Part shown: piece by piece, positions 1 to 9,460 of the stretch | Layout of the letters: each line of letters starts with the position of its first letter | Position numbering within the stretch: position 1 is the stretch's first letter | IMG/VR virus record: IMGVR_UViG_3300033153_005246 | Location: 1-59,239 of that record | DNA from: a virus | Lineage: Duplodnaviria > Caudoviricetes | Length of the DNA stretch: 59,239 nucleotides | Reading direction: 5' to 3' (one strand) | The notes under the pieces: generated by a model | What the model was told of the DNA's origin: nothing | Seen by the model: the letters and a program-made list of their open reading frames with translations, nothing else | Databases searched by the model: none | Made by a program: the position numbers and the translations under genes

Positions 1-1
1 A

Positions 2-1867
2 ACTTTAGTGGATACACTTAGTAGTGGACATGATGACGAGACTACAATCACATTTAGTACAAAATCTGTTGTAGGTACATCTGGCGCAACTGTATTAAAA
101 GCAAATTGGCTTGATGACATTACTGTACAAGTGTTTGTTCTATCTACTCTTGCTGCAACATTAACAGTATTAAGATTGTTTGTTAAACAATATAGTGCAT
201 CTTCTGGTGATTATGTATATTATACTCAACCTCAAATAACTGAAGGGACAACAATGTTTCCTTTCTATGATGGTGCAAAATCAGTAGATGTGATTGATGA
301 AGAGTTTGCACTGCCTGATAAGCTTACTTTTGATATGATTGTTGAACCTAAATTTGCTTATGATACTACTCCAGATAATGTTGTACTTTCATATCAGATT
401 GATGGTACACACCGTTTATTACTGACATATGTTGCATCCGCAGATATTTTTCAGATATTCTGGCAGGATGGTGGAACTTTAACACGATTAAGCTCACAAG
501 CTTTTGACAATGGTACAAGTTTGATAAACATCAACCAACGAATTAGATTTATTGGCTCATTGGATTTATTATCAGGAGGGGCAAATGATTCAAGATTTGT
601 TATTATCCCCTTAGAATCTGGTGCTATTTATGAGGATATATCATGGAATCTTACTCCAGATATAAAGAGTTCTGCTTTCCCAAATTTGACTATAGGTAGT
701 GTAAGTAGTTCATTTTTCATCAATTCCTCATATGAATATCTACGTATATATAATGGACTTCTAGTAGGAGCAATAACTGGTAACATTGATGCTGAGATAC
801 TAATACAGGATATGCCTTTGGTATTTGAAGCACAGCCAAAAGATTTCATAGCCAGAGAAATACCAGTTAATACACCTGTAACAAGTGCTATTCAGCAGAT
901 GTCAAATGACTTTAGAAATGGGACAGGCATTGTAGATGATGCTATTAAGAATAGACATGTTGGGTTTGATATTATTGATGATCTTACTATAAATAATGAT
1001 CTTATTATAAATGGTGTTACAGAAACACTTGGGGGAAGAAAATTAAATACCAATAGAATAGATTCTCAGGAATTGATTTCTGGAACTTTGAGTGTTTCGG
1101 GATGGTATACTGTCGCAGAGCTTGAGAATGGGTTAAACTTTACAGAAGCATTAGCAACAATTTCAGTAACAGGAAGATTCCAAGCTGGCAAATGTGAATT
1201 TGCTGTTACGGATTCCAGTATTATAGATGTTAAAGATTATACTAATCAGACAGTTAGAAAAGTAGCAGTAACCGGAACAGCAACATCTGCTAAAATTGAG
1301 TGGCGTATTGCTAAATCAGATACAGTAGCACAAGCTGGGATTAAACTTCAAGCATATTTAGTCTTTACGGCTGGAGAAAAAATAAATGTTCAATTATCAG
1401 ATAATATTAGTAGATTCGAACAGGATGGTATATTTCTAATAGATCCATATCTTGATGATACCCCGACACTCCCAGACGGAGTAACATCGGCAACATATCT
1501 TGAAGCAGGGGAAGAATTAAGACTTGATACTGAAGGATCAACAACAGTCATTGATGGGATATCTGTAATTAAATCAGGGGATAATCAGTTAAGATTTTCA
1601 TGTCGATGGGAAGAAATACCAAAACAACCTTCTGGGCAAATATCTATAGAGGAGACTAATGCCTCGTTTGTTGTTAGAGATGGTGAAGGGAACTCTGTTG
1701 ATTTGTCAGCATTATCATATACAATATCAGCAACAAAAGCTATAACAAGACGAGTACAATTTAATATGGATGTTGCTGCTGGTACGCCATTTACTGGATT
1801 AAACGCAGGGGGACTTGATCTTGTTGTAGCATCTACAGATGGAAGTGGAAAACTAACAATAAATTAG
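2..1867 (+). CDS. Tail fibre/tail-associated structural protein, 5'-truncated by the window edge
   Basis: Frame is open from position 2 (no stop before the GTG at 8); long beta-rich T/S/D/I-rich protein directly upstream of a lysis-like cluster. Confidence 0.6.
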   Translation, partial: TLVDTLSSGHDDETTITFSTKSVVGTSGATVLKANWLDDITVQVFVLSTLAATLTVLRLFVKQYSASSGDYVYYTQPQITEGTTMFPFYDGAKSVDVIDEEFALPDKLTFDMIVEPKFAYDTTPDNVVLSYQIDGTHRLLLTYVASADIFQIFWQDGGTLTRLSSQAFDNGTSLININQRIRFIGSLDLLSGGANDSRFVIIPLESGAIYEDISWNLTPDIKSSAFPNLTIGSVSSSFFINSSYEYLRIYNGLLVGAITGNIDAEILIQDMPLVFEAQPKDFIAREIPVNTPVTSAIQQMSNDFRNGTGIVDDAIKNRHVGFDIIDDLTINNDLIINGVTETLGGRKLNTNRIDSQELISGTLSVSGWYTVAELENGLNFTEALATISVTGRFQAGKCEFAVTDSSIIDVKDYTNQTVRKVAVTGTATSAKIEWRIAKSDTVAQAGIKLQAYLVFTAGEKINVQLSDNISRFEQDGIFLIDPYLDDTPTLPDGVTSATYLEAGEELRLDTEGSTTVIDGISVIKSGDNQLRFSCRWEEIPKQPSGQISIEETNASFVVRDGEGNSVDLSALSYTISATKAITRRVQFNMDVAAGTPFTGLNAGGLDLVVASTDGSGKLTIN

Positions 1868-1877
1868 GAGATTTATA

Positions 1878-2075
1878 GTGGAAGAAAATATAATTGACTG
1901 GATTTTAATAAGAAAAGATAATCAAAAATATGTTAGTTGGGGCAACGGTACAAAGCCAGAGGTTGGTGAACCAGATTTATTAGAATGGATCGAATGGAAC
2001 AAAGAATTGCCTGAAGATATTGATACAGTACAATATAAATATGATAAGAAAACTAACAGTTTAATAAAATTATAA
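1878..2075 (+). CDS. Small hypothetical protein, possible tail fibre assembly protein
   Basis: AGGAG RBS then GTG; 65 aa directly after the tail gene. Confidence 0.5.
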   Translation: MEENIIDWILIRKDNQKYVSWGNGTKPEVGEPDLLEWIEWNKELPEDIDTVQYKYDKKTNSLIKL

Positions 2076-2126
2076 GGAATGGGAGTATTTTGAAATTTTA
2101 ATAGATACTTGGATTAAGGAGAATAC

Positions 2127-2648
2127 ATGTACAAAAACGGAACAATTGTTTTAATTGGCAATCGCAGATGGGGTACTAAATTGGCAAATATCGTAACAGG
2201 ATTTATAGTTAAAGCTACTAAATCAAATTATATCCATATTAAAAGATATTTGAATGGGTATTGGTATGAATCTTCATATCCTACTGGTGCAGGGAAAACA
2301 ACAGAAACATTTATCACAAATGATTTGAATCTTGTTAGAGAACCAATTGAAGATCTAACAGATGAAGAAGTAGAAAAAATGATTGAATTTGGCGAGAAAG
2401 CTATCACAGATAAAATTAAATATAATCTTTTTAAGCTTATTGCTTTATATGTTATACTTCCTACCAGAAAGTTTTGGGATTTTATTGGATGGGTTCCATT
2501 TTCAAACAATAATATATTTGGAACAGTATGTTCTGTATTTGATGCAGAGATGGTAGCGTATTCTGGGCGTATTGAATTTGAAGGGCAGGATGTAGAAATG
2601 AGAACTCCGGCAGATTACGAAAAAACAGACATATATAGAGATATTTAA
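2127..2648 (+). CDS. Permuted papain-like (YiiX/YaeF-type NlpC/P60) protein
   Basis: N-terminal His (SNYIH), 'KYN', and a C-terminal 'VCS' Cys followed by 'TPAD', the permuted NlpC/P60 order. Confidence 0.55.
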   Translation: MYKNGTIVLIGNRRWGTKLANIVTGFIVKATKSNYIHIKRYLNGYWYESSYPTGAGKTTETFITNDLNLVREPIEDLTDEEVEKMIEFGEKAITDKIKYNLFKLIALYVILPTRKFWDFIGWVPFSNNNIFGTVCSVFDAEMVAYSGRIEFEGQDVEMRTPADYEKTDIYRDI

Positions 2649-2693
2649 GAAAATAAAATATAAGGGGACAACCCCCTTATTAAGGAGAGCATT

Positions 2694-3155
2694 ATGATAA
2701 GACAAGATGGTAAACATTTAAAAAATGTATCAAAACTCCCTTTCAAGGTATACGCTTGTGCTTTATTTGATATTATTTATTATGCTGTGATGCATGGAAA
2801 TTACCAATTTGATTATACTACATTTCTAGAAGATGTAGATGCATGGATAAACGCAGGAGTATTAGACAAAGAACTCACTATTTTAAGTTGGGATAGACTA
2901 TGCAGAGATGCAGGACTTCCATATAGATTAGTTATAGAAGGAGGCACACATAAACTTCCTGCAAGCAGGGTATTGCAGGAAGGTGAGCTTCAGATTCTGT
3001 ACTTATACAATCCTTCAACGAACCTCCACCATTTTGTTTGTGCAAATTTTAAAGATGACATAACATATGATTCACTGGGAGAAAGTGTTACAGGAAAAGC
3101 GTACAAAGATGGGCATGGTATTATAGCATCACGTAGAGTGTTTAGAAAGATATAA
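2694..3155 (+). CDS. Putative Cys peptidase (DUF261-like), candidate endolysin
   Basis: N-terminal Q...YAC, then 'HHFV' and 'YDSLG'; lies upstream of holin- and spanin-like genes. Confidence 0.45.
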   Translation: MIRQDGKHLKNVSKLPFKVYACALFDIIYYAVMHGNYQFDYTTFLEDVDAWINAGVLDKELTILSWDRLCRDAGLPYRLVIEGGTHKLPASRVLQEGELQILYLYNPSTNLHHFVCANFKDDITYDSLGESVTGKAYKDGHGIIASRRVFRKI

Positions 3156-3167
3156 TAAGGAGATATT

Positions 3168-3353
3168 ATGAATAATTTATTTGAAAAAGATGCAAGATGG
3201 ATTTTAGGGATTATTGCTATATTGGTTATAGTTGCTATTGGAGTATGGTTTCTTCCATGGTTTATTGTTGCTAAATTAACCATATCAGGGATTTTCGGTA
3301 TTCTTGCCGGATTTATCTTATTTATCAGCTTGAATATAACAGGACCACAATAG
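3168..3353 (+). CDS. Small two-TM membrane protein (holin/antiholin candidate)
   Basis: Two hydrophobic stretches in 61 aa; AAGGAG RBS; lysis context. Confidence 0.5.
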   Translation: MNNLFEKDARWILGIIAILVIVAIGVWFLPWFIVAKLTISGIFGILAGFILFISLNITGPQ

Positions 3354-3362
3354 GAGATATAA

Positions 3363-3758
3363 ATGATTAAAATAGTAAAAATAGGATTACTATTACTAGC
3401 CTCTTTGTTAATGGGGGCAGTGATATTATTTCTAACAGATGTGGCTATAATTGATGTTCTCGCCGGATCATTTTTTTTAGTGATGAATGCCTTTTTAGGT
3501 ATTGATTTGGCAGGGATGATTAAAAAATCTGCTGCACTTCCATCAGGGGAATTCAAAAATATGAAGTTTTCTAAGTATGTAATTGCTTTAGTAATTATGT
3601 TACTACTATTTGGATTATCTTTGTATAGAAAGGAAATGGAGAATGTGCAGGCCATCATGGCTATATCTTCTTTTGGAGGTGGCAGTATGTTAGTTATTGG
3701 GTATATTATTGCAGGATTAGAAGGAAATAAAATAGCTTCTAATATGGGAGAGAAATAA
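3363..3758 (+). CDS. Multi-TM membrane protein (holin candidate)
   Basis: About 4 hydrophobic segments; lysis context. Confidence 0.5.
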   Translation: MIKIVKIGLLLLASLLMGAVILFLTDVAIIDVLAGSFFLVMNAFLGIDLAGMIKKSAALPSGEFKNMKFSKYVIALVIMLLLFGLSLYRKEMENVQAIMAISSFGGGSMLVIGYIIAGLEGNKIASNMGEK

Positions 3759-4076
3759 ATGGGATATGTAATTGGAATCGCTGCTATTATTATATTAGGA
3801 TTGATTGTCACCATACTGATATTAAATAAGAGCAAGAAGAAAATAGCCAAAGAAAAAGATCAAGCTATTAAAGATGCTACTATAGCAGAAAAGAAACTGA
3901 ATACTGTAAAAGCTGAAGTAGACAAAGTGCTGGACTACAATACTGAAGATAAAGAAAGGAAAAAAGTAATTGACCAACATGTGAAAATACTTAAAGAATC
4001 AAAAGATACCAAGGGGGTTGTAAATGAAATGGAAAATATTAGGATGGACATTTACGATATTCTTGCTACTCTTTAG
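3759..4076 (+). CDS. Inner-membrane spanin candidate
   Basis: Single N-terminal TM followed by a Lys/Glu-rich coiled coil; 3' end overlaps a lipoprotein ORF. Confidence 0.5.
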   Translation: MGYVIGIAAIIILGLIVTILILNKSKKKIAKEKDQAIKDATIAEKKLNTVKAEVDKVLDYNTEDKERKKVIDQHVKILKESKDTKGVVNEMENIRMDIYDILATL

Positions 4077-4443
4077 CTGTAAAACAATCGAGTATGTAAC
4101 AATTGAACCAGAACCACCCATACTACCAGAAACTATAGAAACGCTTGTCTTGGAAGCCTACAGCTTCACAACACTATATTCTGATAAGTATATGGAAGCA
4201 TTGGGTGATCTATCTGAGGAATATATGTCATTATTAGAAAAAGCAGAAACCATCTTTACTATAAATGCATACAATGCTTTTGCACAGGAAATAAAACGTA
4301 AGATGTGGGAGATTAAAATTAAACAAATCACGTTTGTAATAACAGAAATAGAATACTTAGAATTGTATAAAAAGTATGAAGATGCTTTAAATAGTATTAA
4401 TGATAAAATAAAGAAATTAAAAAATCCCTATCCAGATGAATAG
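4024..4443 (+). CDS. Lipoprotein, outer-membrane spanin candidate
   Basis: Signal peptide ending LLLFSC, Pro-rich linker (EPEPPILPE), 53-bp overlap with the upstream gene. Confidence 0.55.
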   Translation: MKWKILGWTFTIFLLLFSCKTIEYVTIEPEPPILPETIETLVLEAYSFTTLYSDKYMEALGDLSEEYMSLLEKAETIFTINAYNAFAQEIKRKMWEIKIKQITFVITEIEYLELYKKYEDALNSINDKIKKLKNPYPDE

Positions 4444-4498
4444 GGAACAGCATATTATTATCTCTTAGGAGATTTTATATATTTCATCACTCCTTTTG

Positions 4499-4527
4499 CC
4501 CTCTCTATTTATTTAGAGAGGGTTTTT
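4499..4527 (+). terminator. Rho-independent terminator ending the late/lysis transcript
   Basis: CCCTCTCTA-6 nt-TAGAGAGGG stem followed by TTTTT at the convergence of the + and - gene blocks. Confidence 0.75.
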
Positions 4528-4840
4528 ATTTCTCCTTTATTAAAAAATCGTATAATTTCTCTGCTGTAGACAAGTCAATTATTGTCCCATCTTTTTCTGC
4601 TATATCTCCTTCTTTATAGGCAGTACCATAATCCAAATCATACATGAAATAGAATATCCAATCATCTTTATCTCCCATCTCATCTCCGAGAATTTCTGGA
4701 AAAATATTTATTAAATCATTACCATAATATCCTTCAAAATCTGTAAATATTTCACCTAATTTATTATGAGCTTCCCTATCAAATTCCTCCTGTTTTTGCA
4801 GGGCATCCATCATCTTAATAAAACTCTCTTTGCTAATCAT
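4526..4840 (-). CDS. Hypothetical phage protein
   Basis: 104-aa ORF with AAGGAG RBS. Confidence 0.6.
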   Translation of the reverse strand: MISKESFIKMMDALQKQEEFDREAHNKLGEIFTDFEGYYGNDLINIFPEILGDEMGDKDDWIFYFMYDLDYGTAYKEGDIAEKDGTIIDLSTAEKLYDFLIKEK

Positions 4841-5050
4841 TGTTTCTCCTTTATTTAAATAATTTTATTGTATCATGTTTAATTATAGGAATCACTAATA
4901 ATAAAGATAATGCTCCAAATAAGATAGAGAACAGGAATACCATCCAATAATCAAACTCAGTGACATCCCAATCGGTAAATTCCTTTATATCTACTATTAA
5001 TAACATACCTGCAATCAAACCCAACATACACCAATAATTAAATACGAATA

Positions 5051-5665
5051 TCATTTGTTTTTTTCTATCATACTATATTTTCCTTTCTTGACAATCTTAA
5101 TAATATTATCACTTCCATCTATCAGATCTTCAGAATGTGTAGATACAATCATCTGCAATCCCAGTTTATCGCATAATGATTTTAGAAATAGGGAAAATGC
5201 AGGACGTAGATCTTCACTCACGAACTTACCGGGTTCATCTAAAATAAAGACAGGTGAACTTCTACCATGTCCTGCAAGTGACCACAAGGAAACCCTTAGT
5301 GTAGTTGATATTAAATCATTTATTGTCCCACCACTATCCTTATTAGGTTCAGCTTTAAATCCATCTTTTTCCACATACATCAAACATTGTGTTCTATTAT
5401 TCTTTATATCCCATTCAATTTTAAATTGATATGGATCAGACATAACATATTCAAGTGCAGCAGTTACAAGATTCTCAATTTTAAATGAGAGGTTCTGTTG
5501 CGTCTGTTTTCCAACTAGGGTTAGAATATCGGAAGATAGTTCTGCGTCAATAAAATCCTGTGAAAGTTGTTTATTGTTGATAACTTCTGCATCTAATAGT
5601 TTCTGGACAGAACTTAATTGTCCCTGATAATTATGTAATTTCTGTTTATAAAATTCTGCTGTCAT
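5051..5665 (-). CDS. sbcC: SbcC/Rad50/gp46-like ATPase, C-terminal half
   Basis: Coiled coil, then ABC signature (DSGG), Walker B (FILDEP) and H-loop (STH); no Walker A. Confidence 0.8.
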   Translation of the reverse strand: MTAEFYKQKLHNYQGQLSSVQKLLDAEVINNKQLSQDFIDAELSSDILTLVGKQTQQNLSFKIENLVTAALEYVMSDPYQFKIEWDIKNNRTQCLMYVEKDGFKAEPNKDSGGTINDLISTTLRVSLWSLAGHGRSSPVFILDEPGKFVSEDLRPAFSLFLKSLCDKLGLQMIVSTHSEDLIDGSDNIIKIVKKGKYSMIEKNK

Positions 5666-6059
5666 TTTTATACCTCATCAGGTAACGTATCTATTGCTTT
5701 CAATAAGAAGATAATGGCATCTACTATAGTACCCCTAAAATCTTCTTCACTAAATACCAGTGAATCCTTAACTAACATAATATAATTTGCCATTATTTCT
5801 TTGTGAGAAGGTGATTTTGTTTCTTGGCTAGTTAGCTTTAATTCTTCTAAATACCCACATTCATCACATTCTAAAAATCTACCCTCTACTCGTAATTCCT
5901 GTATATTACATTCTGGACATATTCTGACTAAATTACTAATGTCTGTAAATTCAGTTTCTACATTTAGTCTTCCTATAATAGCCATAGATGTGTGATCTCT
6001 AATGATCCCATTTTCCTGAACAACTACCATAGTAGTTTTTGTCTTTATAAATGCTCCAT

Positions 6060-6479
6060 TCATAATTTCCTCCTAAATTCCTTACTTTTCTTATCAGCCA
6101 TTTTTAACATTTGATTATTCCTTGAAAGATGTTCTGTTATAATTTCGATCTCATTTTCTCTAAAATAATTCAAAACAAATTTTAAAACAGGATGCTTCTT
6201 TAATAAATTTTTATTTATTTTTTTATCTCTATGAAGCATAGATACACTAATAATAGAATCACAATATACTTTAAAACTTGTAATATTGTATTTCTCATAT
6301 AATGCTTTTAATGCACAGTATACTCCCATTATCTCTGCTGTATTGTTATTGCTTGCTTCAAACACTTCAGAAGATTCTACTATTCTTCTATTTTTCTCAG
6401 GAGAATGATAGACATATCCTGCTTGACATTTTTTATCTGATTGAAAAGAAGAATCCACCCAAACTTTTAGAGATCCCAT
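6060..6479 (-). CDS. rnhA: Ribonuclease HI-like protein
   Basis: VWVDSS, NNTAE, YCDS and N..AD motifs give the D-E-D-D catalytic set. Confidence 0.75.
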   Translation of the reverse strand: MGSLKVWVDSSFQSDKKCQAGYVYHSPEKNRRIVESSEVFEASNNNTAEIMGVYCALKALYEKYNITSFKVYCDSIISVSMLHRDKKINKNLLKKHPVLKFVLNYFRENEIEIITEHLSRNNQMLKMADKKSKEFRRKL

Positions 6480-6706
6480 TTATAAGCTTCGTCTAACGTC
6501 TTTGTTTTTTCTGCTATCTGTGTGTCTACATCATCAAGCTCTTTATATTTTCTAGTAAGTGTATCGTCTATCTCTTTAATAGAAGAACATCCATAAGTTT
6601 CCTTAGCAGTTTTGTATTCTGTTTCCAATTTTGTTTCTACCTGAATCTTTGTTTTCTGGTTATCGTCAATCTGCTTTTTTATTTTTAAAATATCTGTTTT
6701 TGTCAT
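6467..6706 (-). CDS. Small coiled-coil hypothetical protein
   Basis: 79 aa; GAGGAG RBS. Confidence 0.6.
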   Translation of the reverse strand: MTKTDILKIKKQIDDNQKTKIQVETKLETEYKTAKETYGCSSIKEIDDTLTRKYKELDDVDTQIAEKTKTLDEAYKWDL

Positions 6707-6861
6707 TTATTCTCCTCATTTTCTTTTATTAATTGTAAACATCTAGGGCAAGTAACCTTTTCTAGTAAAGAAGTCCTTTCTGTTCTGTATGCTGTTTTTC
6801 CACATGTTGTTGTAGTATTCAAGTTCTTTCTTTTAATATAATGTACCCATCTTTTTTTCAT
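6703..6861 (-). CDS. Small putative Zn-binding protein (52 aa, not in the ORF track)
   Basis: MKKRWVHY...CGK...VTCPRC; fills the gap between genes with an ATGA overlap. Confidence 0.5.
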   Translation of the reverse strand: MKKRWVHYIKRKNLNTTTTCGKTAYRTERTSLLEKVTCPRCLQLIKENEENK

Positions 6862-6870
6862 ATATCTTCC

Positions 6871-7872
6871 TTAAAATATTTTATCAATTATAGATATTAC
6901 ATAACTTGATGTTAAATCAAAGTTAGGGTCTTTTTCTTGTTTCTCTTTAAATTCATGAATTAAGCTCATAAAATATACTGAATCTACTCCAATTAATTGA
7001 TCTTCTAATACATCTATATCCATCAAATCTAATTCACTAATCTGCATACACATTTTTAACATCTGCCCTGCATTTATTTTCCATCCTCTATTGATGAACT
7101 TTCTCAATCTAAACACAGAAGCTACAGGATATTTACTTCCAGTATATTTCAATGTTTTATTTATTGTCATCTCATATACTTCTTCTGGAATAACTACTTT
7201 TTTAGTTTCATTTTTCCAATAAGCACGTGTATGCATAAAGTCAAAAGTATCATGAACATCTTCTGGTTCTCCATAAAATCTAACCACAAGCTGGATTTTA
7301 TCAGAAAGTGTGATAGCATTAGAAGATATAAATACAGGAAAATAGTTTCGTTCTTCCTTTTCTATAATTTTATCAGCTTTCACTTCATCAATCTCTTCTA
7401 TAATTTTATCAGGAGAAGCCCCCAATTCTTCTGTTGCATTTATAGCATTCAAGTCTCCTCGCACACCATCAGAAGGAAAAATCATTTTCACTCTATCAGG
7501 AGAGGTATTAGATATCATTCTAGATTTACTATCTTCAAGATTAGTAATATGATAATAATCTAACAATTCCTGTGTAGGGTTATTTCCATCCAATACAAAT
7601 ACTTTGGTAGATTTTCCTAATTTATTCTTTTGATCTTTGTGTGTTTCATTCCATATATCAGCATAATAATTGGCTACTTTTAATACTGTTTCTTTGGTTC
7701 TGAAATAGCAATCAAAATCGTTTACATCGTCATTAAGTATCATAGAAGTAAAACAACCTCCTGTGATAATCAAATCTTTTTCAATTGCATCTCTAACTTC
7801 CTGATTATCTATAGTAGATAACCACTCATCTATTTTCTTAACAAATACTTGCTTCATTGTTTTCTTTAACAT
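6871..7872 (-). CDS. Pol-beta-superfamily nucleotidyltransferase-like phage protein
   Basis: 'ITGGCFTS...NDFDCYF' (GG...DxD) and later 'FDF', as in CCA/poly(A) polymerase head domains. Confidence 0.55.
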   Translation of the reverse strand: MLKKTMKQVFVKKIDEWLSTIDNQEVRDAIEKDLIITGGCFTSMILNDDVNDFDCYFRTKETVLKVANYYADIWNETHKDQKNKLGKSTKVFVLDGNNPTQELLDYYHITNLEDSKSRMISNTSPDRVKMIFPSDGVRGDLNAINATEELGASPDKIIEEIDEVKADKIIEKEERNYFPVFISSNAITLSDKIQLVVRFYGEPEDVHDTFDFMHTRAYWKNETKKVVIPEEVYEMTINKTLKYTGSKYPVASVFRLRKFINRGWKINAGQMLKMCMQISELDLMDIDVLEDQLIGVDSVYFMSLIHEFKEKQEKDPNFDLTSSYVISIIDKIF

Positions 7873-8816
7873 TATTCTATATCTCCTTCTAAACTTTTAT
7901 TTATAAATTTCTCTACATTCCTGTTAATCAATATATTATCCTCCTTATCATATTTGTTTTTAATAATATATTTTTTAACATTTTTCTCAAATATGTCTGT
8001 AATTTCATACTCTTCATCCATATTGATCACAAAGCTTTCCATACGCTCATCTCGATCTTTTTCTACCTGAAGATGTTCTGTTGATATAACATTGTCTTCT
8101 ATGGGAAGATATAATGGTTCAAACTCTTTTGTCTTTGTGTCGAGCTTCCATACTCTAGGCTTATAATCAATTTGATTAGCAGAAATCCTCATAAGAGATC
8201 CGGTATTGATTAAAGTACATCCTTTGTAGGTATAGTGAAAGGGTTTATGGTGGTCTGCCGTTATGATAAAGGAATAATCCCCATAAAACTCATGAACAAT
8301 ATCTTTAGCTACTAACCCCCCAATAAGTGTGTTCTCCCTCTCGTCCACAAACCCATGGTACAGAACTATATGTGTATTCCCATCATTTTTATACTCATCT
8401 GCTAAATGTGCAATTTCTTCCCCATAATTGAATCCGTGAATCATCACATTGGAATCAGGGATCAAATAAGGCTTTCCAATCACATGTATAATATTCCCTG
8501 CTGTAATAGCAGTTTGTATTATAGATTCCCCAATATAATCAAGACTCTTGTTTTTGAGATCATGGTTTCCCAATATTGCAATTAGCTTATCAATATATTC
8601 AAGGATCAGATTTTGTGTTTTTACAGCATCGGAAACACTTTTTCCTACAGCCACATTTGTAATATCTCCTGCATCAACTCTAACTGCATTATATTTTTCT
8701 GTTAAATAATTAACATATTCTAATGCTTTGACTTGTGCTTGGTAAAAATCATCCGTTCTACAAATAGGTACTCTTGCTCCATCTAAGTGCATATCCCCTG
8801 ATGCTAGTAGTGTCAT
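7872..8816 (-). CDS. sbcD: SbcD/Mre11/gp47-like metallophosphoesterase nuclease
   Basis: GDMH, AGD, LGNHD, DHHKP and NTGSLMR motifs. Confidence 0.85.
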   Translation of the reverse strand: MTLLASGDMHLDGARVPICRTDDFYQAQVKALEYVNYLTEKYNAVRVDAGDITNVAVGKSVSDAVKTQNLILEYIDKLIAILGNHDLKNKSLDYIGESIIQTAITAGNIIHVIGKPYLIPDSNVMIHGFNYGEEIAHLADEYKNDGNTHIVLYHGFVDERENTLIGGLVAKDIVHEFYGDYSFIITADHHKPFHYTYKGCTLINTGSLMRISANQIDYKPRVWKLDTKTKEFEPLYLPIEDNVISTEHLQVEKDRDERMESFVINMDEEYEITDIFEKNVKKYIIKNKYDKEDNILINRNVEKFINKSLEGDIE

Positions 8817-9460
8817 CTGGCACCCCCAAATAATCTATCATTACGATATACAATAACCTGATTCTGTACACTTAATATCCTATTATCATAACCAGCTATC
8901 ATTACGCTGATATTATTTTCTTCGATCTGCTGTGTACTTAATATTTGATGATTCTTCATACAGCAAGGACAAACAAATACATACTTCCAATCCTTGAATG
9001 CTCTCATGACATCCATAGTTTTTACATGAGAATGTACTAACGTAATCCCCAAATGTTCTTTACCATATTCTTCTACATCTAATTCAAAATTAGATTTTCC
9101 AGAATCTGTTTCTGCATTAATATAATCTTCCCAAGTATATTTATAATAACTCAGATTTTCTACTTCCCATTGTTTCATCCATGTATTCATCCTACCCATA
9201 TTCATATTAGGATCTATGGAAGCATTAGCGGATTTACTTAGAAAAGTAAAGATACCCGATGTTCTAGCCGAATTACCATCCCCAATTGAAATATTGAAAA
9301 AATCATCCATCCTCAAATCATCTTTATTAATGGCATTTTTCATATGGTGAAAAGCCCCATAACTTTCAGTCATTTCCTTTGTAGGATTATTTGTATTAGA
9401 AAACAATCCAACCAATTCTTCGGCACAATTTCTTTTTAAAATAGAATTAACATAACTCAT
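8813..9460 (-). CDS. Possible SAM-dependent methyltransferase-like protein
   Basis: 'SIGDG..ARTS', 'SIDP', 'HSH' and 'CPCC' resemble a Rossmann MTase fold; weak call. Confidence 0.35.
   Translation of the reverse strand: MSYVNSILKRNCAEELVGLFSNTNNPTKEMTESYGAFHHMKNAINKDDLRMDDFFNISIGDGNSARTSGIFTFLSKSANASIDPNMNMGRMNTWMKQWEVENLSYYKYTWEDYINAETDSGKSNFELDVEEYGKEHLGITLVHSHVKTMDVMRAFKDWKYVFVCPCCMKNHQILSTQQIEENNISVMIAGYDNRILSVQNQVIVYRNDRLFGGAR

Noticed and set aside
2990-3850. 286-aa - strand ORF and many other antisense ORFs in the track
   Set aside because: They lie opposite well-supported genes that have RBSs and show no motifs of their own
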